From: a virus
Length of the DNA stretch: 64,000 nucleotides
IMG/VR virus record: IMGVR_UViG_3300021197_001243
Span: 1-64,000 of that record
Strand: one strand, 5' to 3'
The translations under genes were made by a program, and so were the position numbers. Below are positions 49,063-59,361 of this stretch, one piece after another (the first letter of the stretch is position 1; each line of letters starts with the position of its first letter). The notes beneath the pieces were generated by a model. The model had not been told where the DNA came from. It did not search any database and worked only from the letters and a program-made list of their open reading frames with translations.

Positions 49063-49540
49063 TTTTATATTCTTTGAATCTTAGATAAGCAAGGTCATCC
49101 TCTTTTATCAGTTTTGTCAACTTCTCTTTATTTCCTTTAACTCCTCTTGTAGGTACAAATGCATATGCAGTTTTATTCTTGATTATACATCTATCCTTAC
49201 ACCATCTAAATCTGAAGTATTGAGAATCTGTAAAGTATACTAACCATTTCTCTCCTTCACCGGTTTCTTTATTATACAAAGAAATTCCCTTATCTAAAAG
49301 AGTTTGTTTATATTTTAAAGACTCTTGCCAATTAATCTTTGGGGTTCTAGGGTCTCTTTTTCTTCTCCAGATACTTAAGGTTGAGAGTCTATTTTTCATA
49401 TCGAACTCTTTACCTTCAAGCATATAGTCTACAATCCCTTCATTAAACTGTAGTAAAATCTTTTTAAATAATTTATAATCTACAGGTGAACTCGAGGTGG
49501 TTTCATAGGTATCATATATGTCTTTAATTCCCTTTGCCAC
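49049..49540 (-). CDS. IHF/HU-like DNA-binding protein of crAss-like phages
   Basis: basic 163 aa; ILLQFN..I...MLEG.EF.M..RL..LSI...INW pattern; typical position between ring genes. Confidence 0.72.
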   Translation of the reverse strand: MAKGIKDIYDTYETTSSSPVDYKLFKKILLQFNEGIVDYMLEGKEFDMKNRLSTLSIWRRKRDPRTPKINWQESLKYKQTLLDKGISLYNKETGEGEKWLVYFTDSQYFRFRWCKDRCIIKNKTAYAFVPTRGVKGNKEKLTKLIKEDDLAYLRFKEYKNGNL

Positions 49541-50222
49541 GAGCTGCTTGTTTAGGTGGTGTAGTCATTGGTAAAGTATCGTTCTCAGTATCTGTTAAAG
49601 TCTGTGCTATCATCATAAAAGTTCCCTTAGCTAAACCGTCAGTTATAGCTTGCACCATATCCATAGGTAAAGGGAAGTTAGCGCTATCGTCGTAGCAATC
49701 AGATCCGTCGCATTCAAATTTAGCTACTTCTTCAGGATCCTCAAATACTCCTCTAATGTTAATAGTATCCATTCCTCCAGGATTATAAATATACAACCTG
49801 TCTTCTATCATATAAGCCTTCCTTGTATTCTTTGTAAATCTATCGTAAGGTAAAAACTGCACAGTTAAAGGATCTACTACAGGTATAGTAATTATTCCTG
49901 ATGGGTCTGAAACGTGTGTTACAGCATCTTGAAAGTTATACCTTATAGTTCGAGGTATATCTACTACAGTTCTTACTACGTCGCAATCTAAAGGGAGGCT
50001 ACAGCATTGAGAGGCGTTTACCTTTTCAAGTTCTATACACCCTAAACTTTGTTCAGAATGTCTAGATATAAGTCCATTTTTTACAAAGTCTCTACGGAGC
50101 AGCATTGCCCGGTAATACTTTATATTAAACTCAATCTGGCTTAGAGAAATGTATTCGTTATTGGAAGATCTTCCACCTCGATACAGATTTAATATGTTAT
50201 ATGCAATCTCTTTAAGTGTCAT
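49524..50222 (-). CDS. tail ring protein
   Basis: MTLKEIAYNI...YYRAMLL, YIYN...IRGVFEDP, FPLP. Confidence 0.78.
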   Translation of the reverse strand: MTLKEIAYNILNLYRGGRSSNNEYISLSQIEFNIKYYRAMLLRRDFVKNGLISRHSEQSLGCIELEKVNASQCCSLPLDCDVVRTVVDIPRTIRYNFQDAVTHVSDPSGIITIPVVDPLTVQFLPYDRFTKNTRKAYMIEDRLYIYNPGGMDTINIRGVFEDPEEVAKFECDGSDCYDDSANFPLPMDMVQAITDGLAKGTFMMIAQTLTDTENDTLPMTTPPKQAARGKGN

Positions 50223-50976
50223 CTGTACCTATGTATTTAAGTTTACCTGCTACGTGTGCTATTATATCTCCGCCACTATTTAGATTAGATACCTGCATTG
50301 TAAACATTTTTCCACCTCTAAAAAGTAAAGGGTATTTAAATTCTGTCTCTACATGTCTAGCATCTCTGTACATTGCATTATGTCTTAAGACTCTTTTTTG
50401 CTGTACAGGAGTTCTTGTATAGAAAGGTGCATTTGTTTGCTCTTCTATTCCCCAGGTAAAAGATGTTGTAGCTACAGTTTTAGGTATAATAGTAACATGC
50501 TCTACTTCAAATTCATAAGATGCAGGAACTGTAAAAGAAAGTGTTTCTGCTGATCCTGTAGATGCTCTCATTGCACAATAAGGAGTTGCAGGTACACCTG
50601 TAGTTACTGTTCCTGAACCTACATATATTACACCATCATTTGAGCCTAAACTGCCCGTCTCTATAACTTCTATACTTAAAATATTTGTGTAAGCATTAAC
50701 TGTAGTAACTCCTGTTCTACCATTCATATCTACAATCTCTGCAAACAATCTTCCTCCAGAGATCCCTGTAATATTTACTATTCTTGCTCCTGTACCGGCT
50801 ATAGTATCATTAGTACTACCGCTTGATACAGTCATAAGTCGTAAAGACTCAGGTATATTTATACGTGCAGTAGTTGCAGATATAGGCCATATATCTCTAA
50901 CGTTAGAAGTATGCCCAGTTACATACCCACTTAAAAGAACTGAGCTTTCAGTGCTATTTAAGGGGGTAATTATCAT
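50212..50976 (-). CDS. putative structural protein
   Basis: beta-rich; SSGSTNDTIAGTGARIVNITG motif; in the tail module. Confidence 0.65.
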   Translation of the reverse strand: MIITPLNSTESSVLLSGYVTGHTSNVRDIWPISATTARINIPESLRLMTVSSGSTNDTIAGTGARIVNITGISGGRLFAEIVDMNGRTGVTTVNAYTNILSIEVIETGSLGSNDGVIYVGSGTVTTGVPATPYCAMRASTGSAETLSFTVPASYEFEVEHVTIIPKTVATTSFTWGIEEQTNAPFYTRTPVQQKRVLRHNAMYRDARHVETEFKYPLLFRGGKMFTMQVSNLNSGGDIIAHVAGKLKYIGTDDT

Positions 50977-51332
50977 GCTACTGCCCAGTGACCGTATTCA
51001 CATATACAAACTCCTGTATCAGCTCTTAGTTCTAGTCCTGCAGATGCTGCTATAGGAAACAATGCAAATTCTCCAGCTCTAATTATAGCTAAAGTGTTAT
51101 CTGCATTATTCTTTATAGTTACAAAGTTTGTAGCATCTGTATTACGTATGTATACGTAAGACTGTACATTACCTGTTCCAAGTATTACAGTGTCTGCACC
51201 TGTAGCTACAGAAACCTTTGCCATATTAAGGAAAGGTTCTGTTATAGATACAGATTTCTCAACAGTAAAGTCCAGACGATCTGGACCTACTGTAGAGCTT
51301 GTTGTATTGAGTCTAAATTTTACTGTTGCCAT
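50973..51332 (-). CDS. small beta-rich structural protein
   Basis: 119 aa; YVYIRNTD...AGEFALFP pattern. Confidence 0.65.
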   Translation of the reverse strand: MATVKFRLNTTSSTVGPDRLDFTVEKSVSITEPFLNMAKVSVATGADTVILGTGNVQSYVYIRNTDATNFVTIKNNADNTLAIIRAGEFALFPIAASAGLELRADTGVCICEYGHWAVA

Positions 51333-51335
51333 CTT

Positions 51336-51746
51336 TTATGAGATTAATCGTTGTAGTCCTTTTAACTGTTTTGCATTAAGAGTTTTAGGTAAGATATCTT
51401 CTTCTATGTAAGTTAAATCGATAGTTATTTCTTCTTTTAACATGTCTTCAACTGACTCTATCTGCTTTTTACGCTCCTCTACAAGAGCTGCATTTTTTTC
51501 TTCAAGCTCTTTTATTACGGTTTCATCACCTTGAGCTTCGTTTACAAGTTTTGCAAGCTCTTCAAATTCTCTTGAAGGTCTCATTGTATCGTCTAAAGGC
51601 TTCAATACCTTTTCAATACTTGTAGTAGTTGCTGTGACCCTTTTAGCAAACTCTAAATCTCCAACTTCTTGGACACTATAAAGAGCTTGTAGCATATCTA
51701 CTGCATCTTGTACTTTTACCGATTCTGTTATTTTTTCTACTTTCAT
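51336..51746 (-). CDS. hypothetical helical protein (possible fibre chaperone)
   Basis: 136-aa acidic helical ORF right after a fibre-like gene. Confidence 0.55.
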   Translation of the reverse strand: MKVEKITESVKVQDAVDMLQALYSVQEVGDLEFAKRVTATTTSIEKVLKPLDDTMRPSREFEELAKLVNEAQGDETVIKELEEKNAALVEERKKQIESVEDMLKEEITIDLTYIEEDILPKTLNAKQLKGLQRLIS

Positions 51747-51777
51747 TTTTATATATATAATTGATTAAACTTCCCTA

Positions 51778-53166
51778 CTAAGCAATTGTGGCTCCTGATA
51801 TTCCGATAACATGCCAGTCACCATTTGTAAATAATAAATGTACATTTTCTCCTACAGCATTGAAGGTTATGTTCGTACCTCCTGCTAGGCTTGTTGGAGT
51901 AAGAGTACCTGCGCCCCCAGCTGTAGCTATTTGACAGATAAATTTTGTTTGACCTTCAGCACCATCTGCAAGTGAAAGTGCATTTGTACCTGTATCTGTA
52001 AAATGAGTTATTTGACTTGTTATGTCTACTGCTCCAGCTCCTACTAAATTTTGCGGTCCCTGTGTAAATTGTAGATATCCATTAGGTAACTGTACATTTT
52101 GTGCATTTGAAATAGATAGTCCTTTTAAACCTGAACCTGATCCAGACCCAGAGTATGTTGAAAGATTAAGATGCCCTCCTACTCCTGAAGCACCGCCTGC
52201 ACCTGCAGTTATATACATATGCCCTCCAGTACCAGATCCAGAACCTGTTCCTGAGCCTATATTCATATTTCCGCCTGCAGTATTACCTGAACCTCCATTA
52301 GCACCATTTAGAGTAAGTTCGGCACCAGCTATACTAGATGCTGCATTTTTAACCTTTATTTCATAGTTTTTATAAGTATTAGTATTACCTATTTCTAAAA
52401 CTCTTGCTGTAGTACCTACTAAAGACAGCTGTGCTGCTAGAGAAGGTACTGTTGGAGTGGTATCTCCTATTCCTACATATCCTGAAGCATCTACTGTGAT
52501 ACCTTCATCTGTACCGTCGCCACTTATAAAGCTGTTTCCAGCTGCAGCATCCATATTAATATTATAAGTATTAAGATCAATATCTGCTCCTGCAGAACTC
52601 ATACTTGCGGCAAGAGTAATACTTCCTGCTCCATTAGTAATAGTCATTCCTGTACCGGCAGTAAGTGTAGCTACAGAAGGATATCCATTAGCAGTGTGCC
52701 CTATAAGTAACTGTCCATTGGTAGCCATAGGACTTGATGCAGCTAAAGTACTTGCAGCTGATGCATAAAGTATAGATCCTTTAGTAACACTACTTAGACC
52801 TGTACCTCCATTTACAACAGATAAAATTCCAGATACATCTGAAGCTAAAGCTACAGTAGTTATAAAGTTAGAGGTGCTATTATCACATTTACTTAAGTCT
52901 ATACCTGCTTCTAAAGCTGTAAGAACAATATTATCTGCTACTGTAGCAACAGTAAGAAGGCCTGTATCTCCAGACTTAATACCTTTAAAGTTTAGCTGAT
53001 TTTTATTACTAATACTTGAAAACAAACTTTCTGACCCTGCACCTGCAGTAGCTAGTGAAGGAAATAAAGATTGTAATTGAAATTTTAATCTGCTTGTTAC
53101 AGGTATGTAATGGGAAGAGGTTACACTCGTTTTAGCTAACGTTCCCCAATTAATTACTTCTGACAT
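51778..53166 (-). CDS. tail fibre / spike-like protein
   Basis: 462 aa, Gly/Ser/Thr-rich; LSVVNGGTG, TLTAGTGMTITNGAGSITL, GSGTGG repeats. Confidence 0.7.
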   Translation of the reverse strand: MSEVINWGTLAKTSVTSSHYIPVTSRLKFQLQSLFPSLATAGAGSESLFSSISNKNQLNFKGIKSGDTGLLTVATVADNIVLTALEAGIDLSKCDNSTSNFITTVALASDVSGILSVVNGGTGLSSVTKGSILYASAASTLAASSPMATNGQLLIGHTANGYPSVATLTAGTGMTITNGAGSITLAASMSSAGADIDLNTYNINMDAAAGNSFISGDGTDEGITVDASGYVGIGDTTPTVPSLAAQLSLVGTTARVLEIGNTNTYKNYEIKVKNAASSIAGAELTLNGANGGSGNTAGGNMNIGSGTGSGSGTGGHMYITAGAGGASGVGGHLNLSTYSGSGSGSGLKGLSISNAQNVQLPNGYLQFTQGPQNLVGAGAVDITSQITHFTDTGTNALSLADGAEGQTKFICQIATAGGAGTLTPTSLAGGTNITFNAVGENVHLLFTNGDWHVIGISGATIA

Positions 53167-53184
53167 TTTTCTCTATTTAAGATT

Positions 53185-56100
53185 TTATAATTCTATGTTG
53201 TCTCCATCGATAGTCATCCTTGCTCCTCCTTCTGTGGTAGGATCAGATATATCAGGATCTGTTTGAATATGTGGAGGTATTGGAGTAGAACCTGGAATAC
53301 CACAATCTTTACACTCATCTTTAACAAATGCAAGATACGAATCTAACCTGTTTGTTGTATCAATGAACTGTAAAGGCTCTCTACAATATTCCCAAAATGG
53401 CTCTCCTGCTTCAGTTTCCGGATCAGATCCTATAGCATATATACCCAGAATCATTGTGTAAATATCATTACTCACTGGATGTTTTACTACGTCTCCCCAT
53501 TGATAAGCTGCTGTAGCTGACCATATAAGAGATTCTCCTGCAGGCCCTCCTTCTGACCATTTTGTACTACAGCTTTCACCTTGTACAGTTTCACTGTAAG
53601 TAGGGGATAAAGAATCTGCACAGTTAAATACACAATCTAATCCTTTTCTCCCTAGTAAGTATTTAAGTAATACTAAGACCTCAGCTACTTTTGTTTTACA
53701 AAGGCTAAGTCTTCCTGCCTTCATAAGATTAAAGTAAGTATTAAGTTTATCACTCAAACATGCATCAAGTCCCGTAAGAACTCCATCTATTTCAGGAGGA
53801 TTACATGGGGAGGGTACAAAGCTATATTCACAATCTCCATCAGATGCATTAGCTGCAGGACTATAATTGTCTGCATTAGTATCCATACATCCGTATACTA
53901 TAGTAGTATTAACTCCTAATATATCTACTTCTGTACATCCGTTACCATTAGTTACAGTTACCGTATATACCCCATCTGCAAGAGTAGGGCCTATAGCAGT
54001 ATCCTCTGTAGTTATAGATGCTCCTGTTTCATTATTTACCCATGTTACAGTGTAAGATGTAGTTATGTTTATAAAAGTTATCGTAGGAACATTACTTGCA
54101 ACAGCTATACTTCCTATAATAGGTTCTGTACAAGCATATACACACCCTGTAGGTATAGTTGCATTAGGATCATAGTTTGTAGCCTCTGGCTCCATACATC
54201 CTGATATACCGTATACACAAGATCCGTCATCTATAGACGCAGTAGGATCAAAGTTAGATGCACTAGGATCTGTACACCCTAAAGTTTCATAAGAACATGA
54301 ACCATCATCAACAGTAGCAATAGGATTATAATTAATTGATAGAGGATCCGTACACCCTTCAATAACTGGAGGTGGAGGGGTGTTTTCACAATTAAAATAG
54401 CTAGGACCAAAAGTTTCAGTTTCAATCCATGTAGAACATCCTGATTCTGCTGTAAATACTATATTAACTGTCATTGAATCACCTTGTGACACAGTTATAG
54501 GGGAGTTTTCAGGATATTCAGTTCCACTACTATCGTAAATTAAAACTGTTTCTATATTTTCAGTAGGACCATAACGAAATGAAAACGCCCCTGTACAAGG
54601 ATCTACACGCCAATCTATATTTACGTCACATGTAATTTCACTTTCTTCATATCCTATATATCTCCAAATAACAGCTTGACACGAGGAGTTTCCAGTATGT
54701 TCTACTACTATAGCATACCATCCAGTTGGAAGATTTGAAAATGTAGTGGTGGGTGAGGATAGATTATTTGCACCTTGTACAGGCATACCATAATATCCTT
54801 GTCCATTTCCTACTGAGTTATAGATATTTATAGTATATGTAGAAGGAGTAAGTAAAGGTTCTACTGCAGAATTTACAGATCCTACATACTGTAGAGTTCC
54901 ATCTGCTGTACTTTCAGAGCTTGCATTTGTAACAATTGTATTAGATCCATCTATAAAATCTCCTTGATTCTGACCATTAATTATAAGTCCTGTACCTCCG
55001 GCACCTTTACCACAGTATATACAGCTACCATCATCAATAACTGCAGCAGGATCATAGTTTAATGCATATGATTGAGTACATCCTTCGATAGGAGTTACGG
55101 GTCCACTTCCTACTCCTGCAGGCATTCTAACTTTAAATTCTCTAAAGCATCCTGTAGAGTCGGTAACCTTTACAGTATATATTCCAAATTCAGTTGTATA
55201 TGGAACATCTGTAAAAGTGTGTGTAGTCGAAGATGTAGGTAATGGATTTGCAGTACCTAAGTATGTTATACCTGAAGGCACTATAAGTTCATAGGTGTAA
55301 TTTGCTGTACCGCCTACTGCAGTTATAGCAAAAGACCCCGTAGTATACATCGTAGTTGCAGGGGTTATAGTAAGTTGCGCATCTACCTCTGTACAGTTTA
55401 CTGCACATGCACAACAGTCTACAAATATTGCAGGATTAAATCCATTTAAAAAATTAGAGGGAATTGCATTTCCATCACAGTCTTGTTCCGTTACTTCAAA
55501 GTATGATGGAGATCCAGGATCAGTACACACGTCATATGTGTATTGAGAAGGAACTCTACAACTTTGAAGATTTACAGCCCAGTCAAATACTGCTACAGCT
55601 GCATAAGAACTTGTACCATATAAAGCATCTACAAATAATGATAAAGATTCAGCTTCTTCAGCAAAATCATTTACAGACATATTAAGTGCAGCTATAAACC
55701 TTACATGTTGTAATCCAGAGTTTTCAGGATCTGCTGTTCCTCCTGCGTATCCATTTGCACTCCAAACTTGAGTTATATAGTCAGATTCTACTGAAAATAA
55801 GTCTGTAGTAGTAGCTCTCTCCCATAAATTGGAATATCCAAATACTCCTGCAGGATCTGCAGTAGGATAAGCTGCATAAACATTTGTTTGATTAAATGCA
55901 GTTCTTCCACTAGCAGTTTGTAAGTACCCAATGTTTTCAGAGCAATCTTTAGCGTATCCTAAATGAGAATCTCCTAAAGATGGAACTTCTCTGTTTACAC
56001 CGAAAATATCTACATCTATAGCTGTAGTATACCCGGATCCAAAAGTTATTTGATACTTTTTAAAACCTCCAGATGCTTCAGTATAGTTTGCATACTCTAT

Positions 56101-56274
56101 CTGTACTTTTTCAAAACTATAAACTATAGATGTAGGGTCTGCACCATTTGCAGTAATATCATCTACGTTTCCTAAGACGTCGTACCCAAAAGCTGTACAA
56201 TAATTTATTATTACATACAGCTTCCCTTGGTATACAGCTGAAAATCCACTTATATGTTTAGGTGCTCCTATCAT
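53185..56274 (-). CDS. large structural protein with GCTDPxAxNYDPxAxxDDGSC repeats, SprB-like repeats and a CBM5/12-like module
   Basis: five GCxD...NY...DGxC-type repeats; GGTANYTY...YTVKVTDSTGC; WSATAAYQWGDVV. Confidence 0.75.
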   Translation of the reverse strand: MIGAPKHISGFSAVYQGKLYVIINYCTAFGYDVLGNVDDITANGADPTSIVYSFEKVQIEYANYTEASGGFKKYQITFGSGYTTAIDVDIFGVNREVPSLGDSHLGYAKDCSENIGYLQTASGRTAFNQTNVYAAYPTADPAGVFGYSNLWERATTTDLFSVESDYITQVWSANGYAGGTADPENSGLQHVRFIAALNMSVNDFAEEAESLSLFVDALYGTSSYAAVAVFDWAVNLQSCRVPSQYTYDVCTDPGSPSYFEVTEQDCDGNAIPSNFLNGFNPAIFVDCCACAVNCTEVDAQLTITPATTMYTTGSFAITAVGGTANYTYELIVPSGITYLGTANPLPTSSTTHTFTDVPYTTEFGIYTVKVTDSTGCFREFKVRMPAGVGSGPVTPIEGCTQSYALNYDPAAVIDDGSCIYCGKGAGGTGLIINGQNQGDFIDGSNTIVTNASSESTADGTLQYVGSVNSAVEPLLTPSTYTINIYNSVGNGQGYYGMPVQGANNLSSPTTTFSNLPTGWYAIVVEHTGNSSCQAVIWRYIGYEESEITCDVNIDWRVDPCTGAFSFRYGPTENIETVLIYDSSGTEYPENSPITVSQGDSMTVNIVFTAESGCSTWIETETFGPSYFNCENTPPPPVIEGCTDPLSINYNPIATVDDGSCSYETLGCTDPSASNFDPTASIDDGSCVYGISGCMEPEATNYDPNATIPTGCVYACTEPIIGSIAVASNVPTITFINITTSYTVTWVNNETGASITTEDTAIGPTLADGVYTVTVTNGNGCTEVDILGVNTTIVYGCMDTNADNYSPAANASDGDCEYSFVPSPCNPPEIDGVLTGLDACLSDKLNTYFNLMKAGRLSLCKTKVAEVLVLLKYLLGRKGLDCVFNCADSLSPTYSETVQGESCSTKWSEGGPAGESLIWSATAAYQWGDVVKHPVSNDIYTMILGIYAIGSDPETEAGEPFWEYCREPLQFIDTTNRLDSYLAFVKDECKDCGIPGSTPIPPHIQTDPDISDPTTEGGARMTIDGDNIEL

Positions 56275-56768
56275 TAGCAGCTACATCCACAGCTATCAGA
56301 ACAAAGTTCGAGAGCTTTATTATACTTAGCGTTAGCATTAGTGTAGATAGCAGTATTATTAGCTACATCTCCACTTATTTGAGAGAGGTCTGTTTCTATT
56401 GCATGAATAAGAAGCATAACTCTATTTGCAGTTTCCAGTGTTCCACTGCATCTTGTGCATTCACAGTCACAACCTAAAAGAGAGTCTACTTTCTTAGCTA
56501 TACAGCAGTCTAGTTCACATTTTCCTAGTTCTCCAGAGTATACGGAAGCTCCCGTAACATTATCTGTAATTGTAACTTGGAAAATTCCTGCTTGTGTACC
56601 TACGGTAGATGCTAAAAGTCTTGCAGTACTGTAAGTTCCACTTGCTGTAGCTGTTGCAGAAAAACTATCATCATTTACACTTATAGTAAGAGGTCCTTGT
56701 GCTGTAGCACCTGAAACACCTATACTTATAAACCTGCAATCACCTGTAATACTGGTTGTAATGTTCAT
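56274..56768 (-). CDS. Cys-rich tail hub-like structural protein
   Basis: 164 aa; CELDCCIAK...CDCECTRC...LCSDSCGCSC. Confidence 0.65.
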   Translation of the reverse strand: MNITTSITGDCRFISIGVSGATAQGPLTISVNDDSFSATATASGTYSTARLLASTVGTQAGIFQVTITDNVTGASVYSGELGKCELDCCIAKKVDSLLGCDCECTRCSGTLETANRVMLLIHAIETDLSQISGDVANNTAIYTNANAKYNKALELCSDSCGCSC

Positions 56769-56780
56769 TGCGAATATTTT

Positions 56781-56827
56781 AAAAAAATAAAAACCGAGAA
56801 AGAGGTCAATTCCTCCCTCCCGGTTTT
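56781..56827 (-). terminator. intrinsic terminator
   Basis: minus strand ACCGGGAGGGAGG-AATTGA-CCTCTTTCTCGGT followed by TTTTATTTTTTT. Confidence 0.85.
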
Positions 56828-56848
56828 AAAAAATCTCCAAACCTAAAT

Positions 56849-57235
56849 TTAGGCTGGGATATAGTCTATATAGATATCAAACTTACCTGCAGTCAATGCT
56901 GCTGTAGCAACGGTAATACCGATTGCTGCACTTGAGGTAGCTTGAGCTCCAAGATCACTATTCAACAATCCAGTATGATCAGTTACTTGAGTAGCTGTGT
57001 CATAAGCATTGTTTGAAAATGCAGTTGCTGGAGAAAGAGTTACTCCTCCTGCAGTGATTGCGATAGTTGCAGATCCGCCTGATGTACATGCTGTTTTACA
57101 GTGAGTATAGCATGCAACAATAACAGCGTCATTAGGAACAACTTCGCTGATAGCGAGTGTTCGTGCTCCTGCTCCACCTGCATCTGTACTGAAGTCGTAC
57201 GTAGCTTTTGCGGTTACTTTTTTAGCTTGTGGCAT
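56849..57235 (-). CDS. putative capsid decoration / auxiliary capsid protein
   Basis: 128 aa, Ala/Thr-rich beta protein ending ALTAGKFDIYIDY. Confidence 0.65.
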   Translation of the reverse strand: MPQAKKVTAKATYDFSTDAGGAGARTLAISEVVPNDAVIVACYTHCKTACTSGGSATIAITAGGVTLSPATAFSNNAYDTATQVTDHTGLLNSDLGAQATSSAAIGITVATAALTAGKFDIYIDYIPA

Positions 57236-57262
57236 AATTTCTAAAAATTATAAGGTTAATAA

Positions 57263-58180
57263 TTAAAGGTTAACAGGTGCAAATGCTCCTGGGCAAGATG
57301 CCAACCAAGGGTTAATTTTACTTTCAAAGTCCGCTTGACCTGCTCCTGCAGCTGCATAAGCAATAACGATGTCTCTGTAGTTATCTACACCTCGGATAGA
57401 TCCTGGTGCAGCATTGCCAAATCCCAACTTATACAAATCATAAGTAGTAGCAGCAACTGCGTAAGCAGGAGGTGCAACTGGAAGTTGAACTCTATCATAG
57501 TATCCTCGACCCATACCTTGTAGGCTAGCTTCAAGTTCTACAATCAAGTTTCCATCACCACCGTTTCCTAAATCAGGAGTGTTTCCTGCAGCAATAGTAG
57601 CAGTAGTAGTAAAAGTACCATCAATGTCTTCTTGAGTTTCAAAAGAAGAAAGTACTCTGTAAGGATCACTATCAAAAGTTTGTCCTGTAAGAGTAATAAC
57701 GTTTCCAACTACAGCTGAACTAGCTAAGAAAGCAGGAAGATTAGCATTGATTGCAGTATTAATAGCTGCAGCAATAGTGTTTTGAACATCTCCTAATGCA
57801 ACGGCTACAGTAAAACTTCTACGCTCAAATTGTGCTTGACCGATTGCTCGACTTGTAACTTTTACAGTTGCATTAAATGCGGCACTTGCAGTACCAGCAA
57901 TAGTGATAGTACTTGTTTGCGCCTGCTGTGCATCGTAAGATTGTCCTGTCCATCGTGATACACTTGAACCGTCGATCCAAGGGGATACAACGTTAGCACG
58001 ACCAGCGGCAGTACCTTGAATTAATCGAATTGCAGAATAGTCTGCGATTGTTTCACCTCCTACAAGAGGGGTGTGTCCATCTGCGGAAAGTCCTACTACA
58101 TCGACTGCTCCTGGGCCTAATAGCCCTGCAGTATATGCACCTGCAGCAGTAGTTCCGTCTGAAATTAATAGCTGTCTCAT
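57263..58180 (-). CDS. putative auxiliary capsid protein
   Basis: 305 aa, Ala/Thr-rich; ELE...QG..GYY.R...P.....TYD; downstream of the adaptor. Confidence 0.65.
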   Translation of the reverse strand: MRQLLISDGTTAAGAYTAGLLGPGAVDVVGLSADGHTPLVGGETIADYSAIRLIQGTAAGRANVVSPWIDGSSVSRWTGQSYDAQQAQTSTITIAGTASAAFNATVKVTSRAIGQAQFERRSFTVAVALGDVQNTIAAAINTAINANLPAFLASSAVVGNVITLTGQTFDSDPYRVLSSFETQEDIDGTFTTTATIAAGNTPDLGNGGDGNLIVELEASLQGMGRGYYDRVQLPVAPPAYAVAATTYDLYKLGFGNAAPGSIRGVDNYRDIVIAYAAAGAGQADFESKINPWLASCPGAFAPVNL

Positions 58181-58209
58181 AGCTTATTATTTTAAAATTT
58201 ATAAAAAAA

Positions 58210-59355
58210 TTATTCTCTGTTTATCGCTTCTCCCATCTGTGTCTTATATCTTGGATCAGAGGATTCTTCTAAAATTGAAGAAGCTGCCATTGCTATTACC
58301 TCTTCATGTGTATGATCAGGTAGTTCACAATTATAGCCCAAAGATAAGTTTATAGGTTGAGGTTTCCTTAGATATGTGATTTTTACACTTGACGTTATAA
58401 ATATAGCATTAGTATAGATATCTATGAAGCCTCCTCGTATAGTTGTAAGTGGAGAAGTGTGGGTGGTACTATTAAAAGGATCATCTAAAAGTCTGAATAT
58501 ATCGTCCTGTTGAGAAAATTTATTCAAAACTGTATCCTCAGTAAAATTATCTCTAGGTACTCTTACAAGATTGTTACTTCTATCCTCAAACCTAGGAGGT
58601 ACAGAAGTTACAGGATTGTTTAGAGTATCTATAGATACAAGAGGAGTTACATTACCATTTGATGCGTCCCAGTTAAAAACCCCACCGGTACCATCAATGT
58701 CGACAATTACAATAAAAGTATTAGGTATGCTTAATGGACCATAAGATTCCCAATATATTTCAAATCCAGGCTGAGGATTATTAAGTAAGTCAGCTCTGAC
58801 CTCATTTATATATTGCGGATATGCACTTGGAGAATAACCAGAATCTATAAGCTCTGGACTTGCAAACCAAACTGGAATAATAGAAGGTGTGACAGTACCG
58901 TCTTCCATTCCTATAGAATCTACAAATTCATTACCATTCACCATAAAATCATCAAAAGTGAAGGTAAAATAATTTATATCTTGATTAGCTATAAGATTGT
59001 AATCTATTGTTCTACAGTTATCTACAAATATCTTAGACCTTTGGTTTACCAGGTACATATAATTTGCGGGTAATTGAAATTGATCGACAAAGATGCTATC
59101 CGGCTTTAGGATTTCTTTAAAGGTTACACCACTTTCATACTCTACAAGTAAAGTACGAAGTTCGTCTATACGCTTTTGTGATTCCTCAAAACCTTCCTGA
59201 TATACATTATTCTTCCCGTACCTTTGGTTTATAAACCTTTGCATTGCACGGTTTAATTCAAGATCTATCTCTTCAGAGAGCAATTGATCTGCTCTTTGAG
59301 AGTTTATCCTGTCTACCGTTTGGCGCAGGGAGATATGCATTTCAGTTACGTTCAC
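58210..59355 (-). CDS. head-tail adaptor / ring protein 1
   Basis: MNVTEMH...EEIDLELNRA..RFI..RY, GFEESQKRIDELRTL, YLRKP, CELPDHTHEEVI. Confidence 0.8.
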   Translation of the reverse strand: MNVTEMHISLRQTVDRINSQRADQLLSEEIDLELNRAMQRFINQRYGKNNVYQEGFEESQKRIDELRTLLVEYESGVTFKEILKPDSIFVDQFQLPANYMYLVNQRSKIFVDNCRTIDYNLIANQDINYFTFTFDDFMVNGNEFVDSIGMEDGTVTPSIIPVWFASPELIDSGYSPSAYPQYINEVRADLLNNPQPGFEIYWESYGPLSIPNTFIVIVDIDGTGGVFNWDASNGNVTPLVSIDTLNNPVTSVPPRFEDRSNNLVRVPRDNFTEDTVLNKFSQQDDIFRLLDDPFNSTTHTSPLTTIRGGFIDIYTNAIFITSSVKITYLRKPQPINLSLGYNCELPDHTHEEVIAMAASSILEESSDPRYKTQMGEAINRE

Positions 59356-59361
59356 GCTTTC

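Noticed and set aside
51778-56274. Diversity-generating retroelement acting on fibre genes
   Set aside because: No reverse transcriptase and no TR/VR pair differing at adenines seen in the window.
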